This document shows positions 48,213-57,800 of a DNA stretch of 64,000 bases, one piece after another (position 1 is the first letter of the stretch; every line of letters begins with the position of its first letter). The position numbers and the translations under genes were made by a program. Below the pieces are notes generated by a model. The model saw nothing but the letters and a program-made list of their open reading frames with translations, was not told the origin of the DNA and did no database searches. Origin of the DNA: an uncultured virus (IMG/VR IMGVR_UViG_3300033066_001573) (Duplodnaviria; Heunggongvirae; Uroviricota; Caudoviricetes); the IMG/VR virus record IMGVR_UViG_3300033066_001573; one strand, given 5' to 3'.

Positions 48213-48947
48213 TTAAACGATTACGTAGTAAGATTTCATGTATGGCTTATGAAGCTTCATATCATAAACTTCTTGATAAGGATAACTTGGTTCTTTTCCA
48301 ATGAGTGTCTTTAATTCTGAAATTAAAATATGACCATTGTTAGCCTCTACTTTTTCTTTAATAGCTTTTGCCATTTCAGATGTGCCAAATTTATATGCTT
48401 TAGATTTAGCTGCTTCTTCTGCCGCTAAACGCTCCGCCTCAGCTTTTGCTTCTTCTTCTTCTTTTAGTTTAGCAGCCGCCTCTTCATCTGCTTTAGCTTG
48501 AGCTTCTGCTGCTAAACGAGCCTCTTCATCTGCTTTAGCTTGAGCTTCTGCTGCTAAACGAGCCTCTTCATCTGCTTTAGCTTTTTCAGCCTCTTCAGCA
48601 GCTAAACGCTCTTGCTCTAACTTAGCCGCAGCTTCTTGTTCTGCCTTAATCCTAGCTTCTTCTGCTGCCTGTTGTGCCTTAACCCTAGCTTCTTCCGCTG
48701 CTGCCGCCAATCTTTCTTCTTCTTCATCTGCCTCAGCCTCTTCTTCTAACCAATTTAAAATTTGATTTGAAACATCAACATCCATTTGAATTAAAGCGTT
48801 TCGATTTCCATCTGTAGGATTTTTTTGATACTTTGCGTAGTTCGGCTTTAATACATTAATTGATTTACGAATAGCCATAGGTAAATCTGATAATTGAAGA
48901 TTTTCTTCTGCAAGAATCCCTTCGTACTTAAATTCTAATTCTGCCAT
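48213..48947 (-). CDS. Ala/Glu-rich coiled-coil protein with shared C-terminal module
   Basis: EEARLAAEAQAKAD repeats; ends LHKPYMKSYYVIV. Confidence 0.75.
   Translation of the reverse strand: MAELEFKYEGILAEENLQLSDLPMAIRKSINVLKPNYAKYQKNPTDGNRNALIQMDVDVSNQILNWLEEEAEADEEEERLAAAAEEARVKAQQAAEEARIKAEQEAAAKLEQERLAAEEAEKAKADEEARLAAEAQAKADEEARLAAEAQAKADEEAAAKLKEEEEAKAEAERLAAEEAAKSKAYKFGTSEMAKAIKEKVEANNGHILISELKTLIGKEPSYPYQEVYDMKLHKPYMKSYYVIV
48478..48583. repeat. 42-bp perfect coding tandem repeat (2.5 units)
   Basis: GCCTCTTCATCTGCTTTAGCTTGAGCTTCTGCTGCTAAACGA. Confidence 0.9.
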
Positions 48948-49008
48948 TTTGCTGTTTTTTTTTTATTTGTTACTTATTGCTGTTATTTTACTTTTTTTTT
49001 TTTTGAAA

Positions 49009-49464
49009 TTATCCATTCGGGTATCTTCGACTTAATCTTTCAGAAGCTACTTTATTTCCTGATAATGAAGTCCATTCTTTGAATCTATCTTTTGCTGAAG
49101 GAGAAGCTGCGTTTGCTTTTGATTTAGTATACCATATACCATCACATTTTACATAATCAAAATCTCTATCAAAAGAAAACTTAACTTCACCACATCCAAC
49201 TCCACCATTAGGTAACGTTGATTTATCAACTTGAGGTTTACTTACATTAGGAGATGTATTATTAACCTGCTCTTCTTTATTTTTTGAAGTATCTTCATCA
49301 TCAACTTTAGTTAAGGATTTTAAATCAAGATGATTCTTAGATAAATCTTCTTTTTTACGAGTAGAAAAATAAACAATAGCACTTATAGTTGCTAATGTTC
49401 CTACTATTAATAAACCTTTTGTTGTAGTGGATTTACTTGCCCACCATTCGCCTATTCCTGCCAT
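49009..49464 (-). CDS. N-anchored membrane protein
   Basis: TM followed by RKK; small C-domain with a Cys pair. Confidence 0.7.
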   Translation of the reverse strand: MAGIGEWWASKSTTTKGLLIVGTLATISAIVYFSTRKKEDLSKNHLDLKSLTKVDDEDTSKNKEEQVNNTSPNVSKPQVDKSTLPNGGVGCGEVKFSFDRDFDYVKCDGIWYTKSKANAASPSAKDRFKEWTSLSGNKVASERLSRRYPNG

Positions 49465-49466
49465 AA

Positions 49467-50252
49467 TTATTCAACTGATTTTTTAATTGTATCTTTTATT
49501 TTTTTAACTACTTCATCTACCTCTTTAAATTCTTTATCAAAATCTTTTTGTTTGAAACTATCAGCAAGTATTGATTTCATTTCTTTTACAAATTTATCGG
49601 CTGCCGATTCAATTCTAACAATTGTTTTTAAGAACTTATTTGCTGATGATTTATTGTCGAGAATTCTATCTTTATTTTCTTTGAAAGCACCTTTAATTGC
49701 AGTAACTACAGACGAAGCAATATTATCTCCAACCTTAGCAGAAAGAGAATGTGTTTTTACTTTACCTCCTGTTTCTTGACGTTTCTTTTTACGTTCTTCA
49801 AGTTGTTTGATTAATATCTCACAGAAGTTAGTGTCGGTATCTAAATACGTTTTACCATCGAATACAACAGATAAACCTTTTGATTTTTTTACAGGCACTT
49901 TTGAAACTGATGCTTTTTTAGTTCCCATTTTAGGAACACTAATAGGTTTAGTTTCAACTTTTACAGGTGCGGCTTTTACAGGCGCAGCTTTTTTAACTTT
50001 ATATTTTTTACCTCCACGCATAGCTTTGGCGGCTTCTGACATAGCTATTTTTTTAACAGCAGGTTTATTTTCAACTACTTTTTTAGCAGGTTCAATTTTT
50101 TTTTCAGTTGGAGCAGATTTTAATTTAGCTTCTAATTCTGCTACTTCTGACTCTTGGAATTCAATCTCATCAGGACTTGCCTTCATCTTTTTTAATGCAG
50201 CAAGGTCTTCCTTAGCTTCTTTTAATTCCTTTTCTAACTTTTCCTTGTTCAT
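49467..50252 (-). CDS. Lys-rich, histone-H1-like basic protein
   Basis: KKAAPVKAAPVK, very high K content. Confidence 0.6.
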   Translation of the reverse strand: MNKEKLEKELKEAKEDLAALKKMKASPDEIEFQESEVAELEAKLKSAPTEKKIEPAKKVVENKPAVKKIAMSEAAKAMRGGKKYKVKKAAPVKAAPVKVETKPISVPKMGTKKASVSKVPVKKSKGLSVVFDGKTYLDTDTNFCEILIKQLEERKKKRQETGGKVKTHSLSAKVGDNIASSVVTAIKGAFKENKDRILDNKSSANKFLKTIVRIESAADKFVKEMKSILADSFKQKDFDKEFKEVDEVVKKIKDTIKKSVE

Positions 50253-50342
50253 TGGTGTTATTTTAATGGGTAAATTTAATCAAAATTTTGAATGTCAAAA
50301 ATAATTATTTAACTTCTTTTCAACTAAAAGGAAAAAGAAAGC

Positions 50343-50499
50343 TTAAAGCTTTCCTTCCTTTTTTAATTTTTTAGATGCAAGAGAAACTGCTTCAGAATAC
50401 TTTTTAAGTTTTCCTTCTGCCCAAATTTTCTTTTCCTCTGATTGAATCATAGTCATACGTTCCTTGTTCTTACTTGAACCTGCTGATTTTTTTTGCCAT
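50343..50499 (-). other. Small basic helical ORF interrupted by an A8 run (frameshifted or slippage-expressed)
   Basis: With A7 it reads MAKKSAGSSKNKERMTMIQSEEKKIWAEGKLKKYSEAVSLASKKLKKEGKL*; an in-frame ATG also exists at 50456. Confidence 0.5.
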
Positions 50500-53400
50500 T
50501 GTTTTTGGTTTTTTATTTGTTTTTGTTTGTTCTTTTAATTTTTCAGGTCTGAACTCATTGGTTTCAATTACTACTTTTCCTTTACTAACTCCTAAAGTTC
50601 TTGAAGATGGTAATGAACCACCTTTTTTATAGTTTTGGCTAAAAACATAAACTTCTCCATCATGTTCGATAGTATAGTAATCATACTCTAAGTCTTTGCC
50701 AAATTTCTTATAATCAAACATTATGAAGTTAGCCTTCATAATACTTGAAGCATCGTATAAACCTTGTTCTTCAACTAAGAAATTGTATGGGTATCTCAGC
50801 CCTTTTTCCCATTCTGATTCTATTTCTTCACGAACTGATTCTTTAGCTTCTTCAAGTATTCTGTCCATTTCCTCTTCATTTTCAGACTCCTCTGCCTCTT
50901 GATATTCATTGTCTAAATTAGCTTGTTTAAGAATATCATCATCACTCATACCATCAACAACATTATCAGCTTCTTCACTAGCAATTATTCTTTTATCAGT
51001 TTCAGAAATATCAATGTATTGCTCAGGATTTGACACTCCTTCGATACCACCTACAGAATCAACATATTCTCTTGCGAAATCATCAACACTATCAAATTTA
51101 CCATAGTATGCATCTTTCATTTTATTAGCAGCATCAACAGCATCTTCTCCTGTTAAAGAAGCAAACTCTTCTACTACTTCCATAGGATAATCAGTTCCGT
51201 TAATAGCTTCCCAATAATCAATTACTTTTTGGAAAGAACTTTCTCCCATGCCTTCTGAATACATTTGCTTAGGGAAGTTTTCCATATCATGTACAGAATA
51301 TTCTTCACGTTCTTCTCCTGCTTCTTCAGACCATTGTTTTAATAGCTCAGAAATCTTTTCCATGACTTCCTCACCGCTTCCAAACTCAGAAAGGTCTAAC
51401 CATTCACCAACTAAAGAGCCTTCGTTATAGGCAGCTAAATCAGCTATGTAAACTTTTGGTGTGTTGTCGGAAGATATTGAACCTCCATCTTTATACTTAA
51501 TAATTTCTCCCTTTTTATGGAATGAAGGAACTAATTGGAATGTTTGACCATCAGGTTTAGCAAAATAGAATCCTACAATTGAATTATCAGGCTTAAGTTC
51601 ATAACCCTTATCAGAGAAATGATTTTTGAATTCTTTTGCTGTCCAATTTTCTCCTATAACCATTTCAACTAAATCATCGTTTATAGTTGTAAGACTGAAT
51701 TTATCTTTATCTAAGTTAACACCTCCACCTTTTGAATATTTTTTAGGAATAGTATCATTATAATCTTCCTCATAGGTTGGCGAACCATCAATAATCCAAA
51801 TAAATGCATTATACCCATTACTTTTATTCTCGAAAACCTTTGCGTATCCTTTACGAACTGAATGAGCGAAATTTATAGCTTCTGTTTTATCATCTGTAAA
51901 ATACGATTCTGATTTAGGATTTGATTCCAACTCATTTACATAGCTTACCCAATACTTACTAATACCATGACCAACACTACCACCATCCGAATACTTATAA
52001 AAATATTCTTTTGAAGTTTTTTTAGCATGTTCATTTGTAGCTATTCTTAATTCTAATGATTTTATAAGTTCTTTATCTTTTCTTAATTTTGCTTGCTTTA
52101 GTTCTTCTTTTAAATCTTGTATTTTGTTATGAGCGTCAACATAAGAATCGTATAATTTTATTTTATCAGCACCCCATGATTCTTGTTCTTCGTAGCTGAA
52201 GCTCATTTCATTTGATGGTATATTTATTTTATTCTTCCCTCTTGGAGTAGTAGATGAACTAGCTTTTGAATGAAGGTTTTCTAATGCTTTTTCAAAATCA
52301 CCACCATCAGAATACTTATTTCCGTTTTTAGCATCTTCTAAAAGAATTTCCAAGTTTTCTTTTGAAGTTGATATTTCACCATCTCCATCAGAACCCATAT
52401 CATTATCAGCTTCAAATAACGCTTGTAATACTTCTTCTTTTTGGATTTCGCTTAATGATTGATAAATATTATATGCCTCAATAGACCTATCTTGTAACAT
52501 CTCTAACAACTTCATTTTCCAATTAAAGTCATCATTAATGAAGTTAGATTTTGAATACAAATCATTTATTTGAGATTCAACATTACCAACTCCACCACCA
52601 TTTTCAAAAATATTTGACACTCTAGTTATCTTGTACTTAATTCCATTTTTACTTCCTGTTCCAATTACAGTAACTCCTTTTGATAATTTATCTATAGCTC
52701 TATTATTGACAATAATACTTCCTATATCATCATTTCTATCAGTATCAAATTGATAAAAAGAATAGGTATCACTATCATTTTTCTCTGCTCCTGCTAATCT
52801 AATTGTAGTATTAACTCCATCTGCAACTAATTTAAAAACTCCTGTAGTTTCTGTATCATAAGGAATGGAATATACACCACCTCCATTTTTAAACTTTAAA
52901 TTTTCTCTCTCCGAAATATGTCTATCAAAATCAGCTAATATTTCTGCTTTAGTTCTTCCTGAACCACCTGATGTCTCCTTATAATCTTCAGGCATTTCTT
53001 TTTCTATTTTGGCTCTTTGTTCTTTTAACTCATTTATTCTTTCTTGATTCATGTTAGAAAGCCACTCTTGAGTTTGAACATCACCACCATTTTCAAATTT
53101 ATCTCCTAACTCTTTTTTAGTGCTTGGAGCGATTTCAGCAGAACTATGTTTGGACTTATCATAAAATTCTAAATCTGAAATTGAAACAACTCCATCAGCA
53201 TCAGTTCTAACTTCTCCTTTATCAAAAACATCTCTTACTATTCCAATGGTATTATGAACTTTATTATAAACAACATCTCCTACTTTTAATCCTTTAATAT
53301 CATTGCGAGAATAAAAGTCAGTAACTAATTTATTTTTTCTAAATAACTGAAAGAAAGTTCCGATAGTTGAATCATCTTGTTTATATCCATTATCTCTAAC

Positions 53401-54840
53401 ATACTTAATAGCTTTATTTTTAAGTTCATCAGACAATGATTGTTTCTGCTCTTCAGTTAAAGTTTCATTTTGTTTTTTGAACCATTCTCTGAACTCAGTA
53501 CTATTATAAATATCCCAAATTTTTTCAGATGCAGGGAGGTATTCTTTAACTCCTAAATCATCATGAGAAATGATATAGTTTATGCCATCAATCTTTTTGC
53601 TACCTAAAATAGTATCAATTAATTTATGCATTAAGAGTTCTTTATTACTTTGAGTTCCAACTCCTCTTAAGCTTCCATTTGTATAATCATTAACGCTATA
53701 ATGAACACCATGAATATTAGAGTCTTGACGAACTTCAATTGAGTACTTACCACCTTTTGTATCTGCCTTAAAAACTAAAGTTCCATCAGTATCTTTTGAA
53801 TGGATTTGTCCACCATCTTTATACCAATCTTTGTCTTCTTCATCCCAATGAAGTTTTCTTCCTTCTTTTAATTTATTGGTAATAAATTGAGATTCTTCCT
53901 GAGTTAATTCAGAGCCATCAACATTATAAATGTGAAGTGAATAATATTTTTCGATACCTTTTTCAAAATAATCACGGTCATTATCAGGAGATACACTTGA
54001 CCACCAACATCCTGCCATTACAGAACTAATACCATTTTCATTTTTAGTTGAAGATGGCTCATGAATACCATATCTATTTACAGCTTCTTGAAGAATGTCT
54101 TGTAATTCATCAATAGTTTTTTCAACTTCAAATCCTTGTGAATCGAAGTCTCCCTCTTCTGCGCTCTCAGGAGTTATTGTTTGATAAGTAACAGAGTATT
54201 GATATTTTTTATCACCTTCAAGAGTTCCACCTAAATCAAAACGAACTTTTTTTCTTGTCAATTTTAAATCAATTAACTGACCTGCAATAAATCCACCTAA
54301 AGCACCGAATAAGAATCCACCAAGAGATTTTTTAACTACCTTTTTTTTTGAAGCAGTCTTAGTTTTTTTTAATTCTTCTTTGAATTTAGCAATCATTTTT
54401 TCGATTGTCTTAACTCGTATTTTAAGCTCAGTCTTCTTTAAAGGCTGCTTAAGAATCATTTTATTAACTACACTTAATCTAGTTTCAAGGTCTTTAATCT
54501 TTGTTTCTAATTCAGATGTATCAACAGGTTTTTCTTCAGCTAAAACAATAGGCTCAGACTTAACTACAGGCTCAACTTTAGCAACAGGTGCTATTGAAAC
54601 AACCTTAGCATCTTCTTTTATTCCAAAGGCAGCAGGATATAAATCAGCGAATGTTTCAATCCATTTTTTGAAGGTAGATTGTTCGAATTGTAAATCAAGT
54701 GTATCATCAGATACTCCTGATAAATCACCTTTCATCTTATCTCTAACTTCTTTTGGTAATTTTGAATAATCCAATTGTTTAAATACAATTGAAGGTTTCA
54801 TTGATTGAAAATTCTTTATGATGGTTTTCTTATCTGACAT
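50470..54840 (-). CDS. Large polyvalent protein with about 11 xxGG linkers and a C-terminal ArdA antirestriction domain
   Basis: ArdA-like PKVYIADLAAYNEGSLVGEWLDL...EEYSVHDME...YYGKFDS..DFA.EY...FDYKKFGKDL (about 50640-51465), bounded by YKDGG and YKKGG. Confidence 0.82.
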   Translation of the reverse strand: MSDKKTIIKNFQSMKPSIVFKQLDYSKLPKEVRDKMKGDLSGVSDDTLDLQFEQSTFKKWIETFADLYPAAFGIKEDAKVVSIAPVAKVEPVVKSEPIVLAEEKPVDTSELETKIKDLETRLSVVNKMILKQPLKKTELKIRVKTIEKMIAKFKEELKKTKTASKKKVVKKSLGGFLFGALGGFIAGQLIDLKLTRKKVRFDLGGTLEGDKKYQYSVTYQTITPESAEEGDFDSQGFEVEKTIDELQDILQEAVNRYGIHEPSSTKNENGISSVMAGCWWSSVSPDNDRDYFEKGIEKYYSLHIYNVDGSELTQEESQFITNKLKEGRKLHWDEEDKDWYKDGGQIHSKDTDGTLVFKADTKGGKYSIEVRQDSNIHGVHYSVNDYTNGSLRGVGTQSNKELLMHKLIDTILGSKKIDGINYIISHDDLGVKEYLPASEKIWDIYNSTEFREWFKKQNETLTEEQKQSLSDELKNKAIKYVRDNGYKQDDSTIGTFFQLFRKNKLVTDFYSRNDIKGLKVGDVVYNKVHNTIGIVRDVFDKGEVRTDADGVVSISDLEFYDKSKHSSAEIAPSTKKELGDKFENGGDVQTQEWLSNMNQERINELKEQRAKIEKEMPEDYKETSGGSGRTKAEILADFDRHISERENLKFKNGGGVYSIPYDTETTGVFKLVADGVNTTIRLAGAEKNDSDTYSFYQFDTDRNDDIGSIIVNNRAIDKLSKGVTVIGTGSKNGIKYKITRVSNIFENGGGVGNVESQINDLYSKSNFINDDFNWKMKLLEMLQDRSIEAYNIYQSLSEIQKEEVLQALFEADNDMGSDGDGEISTSKENLEILLEDAKNGNKYSDGGDFEKALENLHSKASSSTTPRGKNKINIPSNEMSFSYEEQESWGADKIKLYDSYVDAHNKIQDLKEELKQAKLRKDKELIKSLELRIATNEHAKKTSKEYFYKYSDGGSVGHGISKYWVSYVNELESNPKSESYFTDDKTEAINFAHSVRKGYAKVFENKSNGYNAFIWIIDGSPTYEEDYNDTIPKKYSKGGGVNLDKDKFSLTTINDDLVEMVIGENWTAKEFKNHFSDKGYELKPDNSIVGFYFAKPDGQTFQLVPSFHKKGEIIKYKDGGSISSDNTPKVYIADLAAYNEGSLVGEWLDLSEFGSGEEVMEKISELLKQWSEEAGEEREEYSVHDMENFPKQMYSEGMGESSFQKVIDYWEAINGTDYPMEVVEEFASLTGEDAVDAANKMKDAYYGKFDSVDDFAREYVDSVGGIEGVSNPEQYIDISETDKRIIASEEADNVVDGMSDDDILKQANLDNEYQEAEESENEEEMDRILEEAKESVREEIESEWEKGLRYPYNFLVEEQGLYDASSIMKANFIMFDYKKFGKDLEYDYYTIEHDGEVYVFSQNYKKGGSLPSSRTLGVSKGKVVIETNEFRPEKLKEQTKTNKKPKTMAKKISRFK

Positions 54841-54860
54841 GGCAGTAAATTTACAATAAA

Positions 54861-57800
54861 TTAATTAAAATATTTGTTAGTTGGATACACTTCTAAAACA
54901 GGTTTTTCGATTGATGGAATAGAGCCTTCATAAGCTAAAACAAAAACAATGTCACCATCTTTATATTTAACGAATAAACCACCAATACTATCTGAATAAG
55001 GTTCATTCGTTAGCTCATCAACTTCACTGAATTTTGGGTCAAAGTGAGTAAGTATTTCTTTTACCTCAGTGCTATCAGAAATAAATTGAAGTGAATCATC
55101 TTCTTGAGCATCACCAATAGTTTTAATTCCAAATCCAAACTCTCCGCCAAATTCCATTTTACTCATTTCTTTTTCCTTGTATTTTTTAGCAAAGTTAAGA
55201 GTATCAACAAGTATTCTCATAGCTTTATTATTCTCTTTTTCTTTTCTAAGTTCATACAATTCTTTTTCCATTTCCTGCATTTTCTTTAGGTCAGCAGCGG
55301 CAGCTAATTCAAATGGTTTATTTTGTTCTTTTTCGTATTCCTCAAGATTAGCATTATACTTTCTAATCATTTCCTCAACAGCATCTTCTTCTCTTGCTCT
55401 ATCTTGAACATCATATCGGTGAGCAATAGTTTTGAATTCTTCAAAATACATATTCATTGGGAATCCTAATGAGTAAAGTATTTCAATTATCTTTTCTGCA
55501 TTTTCTTTTCCAACAATATCAGCCTCATAATAATCTCCCCACTTAGTCCAACGAGAATCTAAGTATTGATTAAGTTCATTGTTTTTATCAATATGATAGC
55601 TCTTCTTTTTTGTAGCTTCTCTTCTTAGTAAAAGCTTGTTAGCTCTAGGAGTAATTTTTATAATATCATCATCACCAAAAACTAAAACTTTACTTGTTCC
55701 AAGTGCATTACCTACAATATCTTTAGCTGCCTCTACAGGTATTTTAACGTATAAAGCATAAGGATTAAATCCTTCTTCAAGTAAAATACCTTTCTTTACT
55801 TTTTTATCGATTGTAGAGTAGCTAATCAATTTGTTTTGACCACTGCTTAACTCAGGAATACCATAAGCTTTAAGAATGTTTCCTGTTACAATGTAACGCT
55901 TAACACGCTCTGATATTGAATCCTTAATTTTATCATCCCAATCATTGAATAAGTTTTTACCTAAAACTTCTCTCTGTCTGTTATCATAAACATCATTAGT
56001 AGAATCCATTATTTTCTTTATGTCTTGCATACTAGCGAAGCTTAATTCAACTTGACGTAAAGAAGAAGGGAAGGCTATTTTTAAAGAGAATCCGTATGAA
56101 CTCAACCATTTACCTGAATCCATTTTAACTCCAATAACAATTCCGTCAAAGTTTTGCTTTTGAACTTTATAAGAAATAATTGTTTTAGGTTTAAAGAAAG
56201 AAACTACTTCTTTAAACTCTTTAGCTCTTTTGTAAACACTTTCTAATTGAGATATTTTCTCATCCCACAATTCAATTATATGAGCTGTTTCATCTCTTAA
56301 AGCTTCTGCTCTTTTCGATTCATTTTTAATTTTAGTAAATCTCTTATCCTTACTTAATCCATCTACCTCTCTTTGTTTAGCTTTAATATACTGAGGATAA
56401 AAATGATTGTATTCTTCTTTTGCTCTATTGTCAATAGCATCATGAAGCATATCAACGTATTCCTCAATAGATACATCAACTATATTTTGTTTAATATCCT
56501 TAGTAGATAAAATACCTGCAAAAAGATTTCTTAGATAATTTTTATTAAAAGGTTTTCTAATATTGTTTATCTCACAAAGTTCAAGGAATGTAGCTCCACC
56601 AAATAATGATTTTTTCTTAGGATTACCAACTGATACAGCATCTTTTTCAATAGTTTTAGCTTGTAAATCTAAACTATCAACTTCTAAGTTCCATCTACCT
56701 TCTTGAATTAATTTAGATTGATATGCCTTGTACATATCAGTAACTTCATTGTAGAATTTCTCTTGGTCTTCAGTACTAAGTATAGCAACTCTTCCTGTAG
56801 CCCTGTGAGCCAATTCTTGAATAGAGCCACTAGGAATATTTTCTGTTTCTCCATTTTCATTAATAATAGTTTCATAAGAAACAGGGTTTCCTATCATATT
56901 ATTAACTTCAGGATTATTAGCTAAATATTTCGCTACAACTTCATCACCATATTCATTCAAGAAATCAACAACATCAAGTATTTCATTTGATTGTTTTTGA
57001 TTTGAAGAAGTATTAGCATCTAATGAACGAAGCTTTTTTCTAAGCATCATCATTAAACGTTTTTGAGAAGGGATAGCTGAAATAATATAATCGTAAATAG
57101 GGTTGAATATCATACCTGTACGGAATATTCTACCACGCTTTTGAACTTCTTTATTTACATCACGCTCAGCTTCAAGTATAATCATACAACGTTGCTTAAC
57201 CTCTTCTGTATTTTCTAATGAAGTAGGCACAACAGGTATTCCGTTTTCGTAATTAACTTGATTAACTTTTGTTGTTTTTATAGAGTGTGCAGAAGAACCT
57301 GTAGCACCTGCTTGATTGATAATCAAACAATCGATTACGTTATTATTGAAGTTATTAAAAACATCAGTAGCATTTGGAATATTTCTATTCTTAACATAAC
57401 CACTTTCTTCTGTTTTATCAAATTCAACAATACGAGTTCTTCCTGTTACTTCTTCAACAGTAAATCCTGCTTCAGCAATTCTTTTTCTAATTAAATCAAT
57501 AGGACTAATAGTTATTCCTGTAAGTAAACTATCGATACTCTCAACTATTGTCTCGTAATTTAATTGTGCTTTACCACCAAGTTCTTCAATATCTAAACGA
57601 TTTTTTTCAGGTACACCTTCTTTAGATATAGTTGTATAAGATAAAGCGTTAGCAAGTCTTCTTTTTAATATTACAGAAAAATCAACATCAATTTTAGAGC
57701 CTGTACTTTCTTCGATAGCATAATCTAATGCACTTTCCATAGTAGAAGCGAGAGCAATGATTGGTTTTTTACCTTGCTTCATTCTATACACAGCCCATGT

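Noticed and set aside
25238..48583. Tandem repeats at 25238 and 48478 as CRISPR arrays
   Set aside because: They are in-frame coding repeats without unique spacers, and there are no cas genes.
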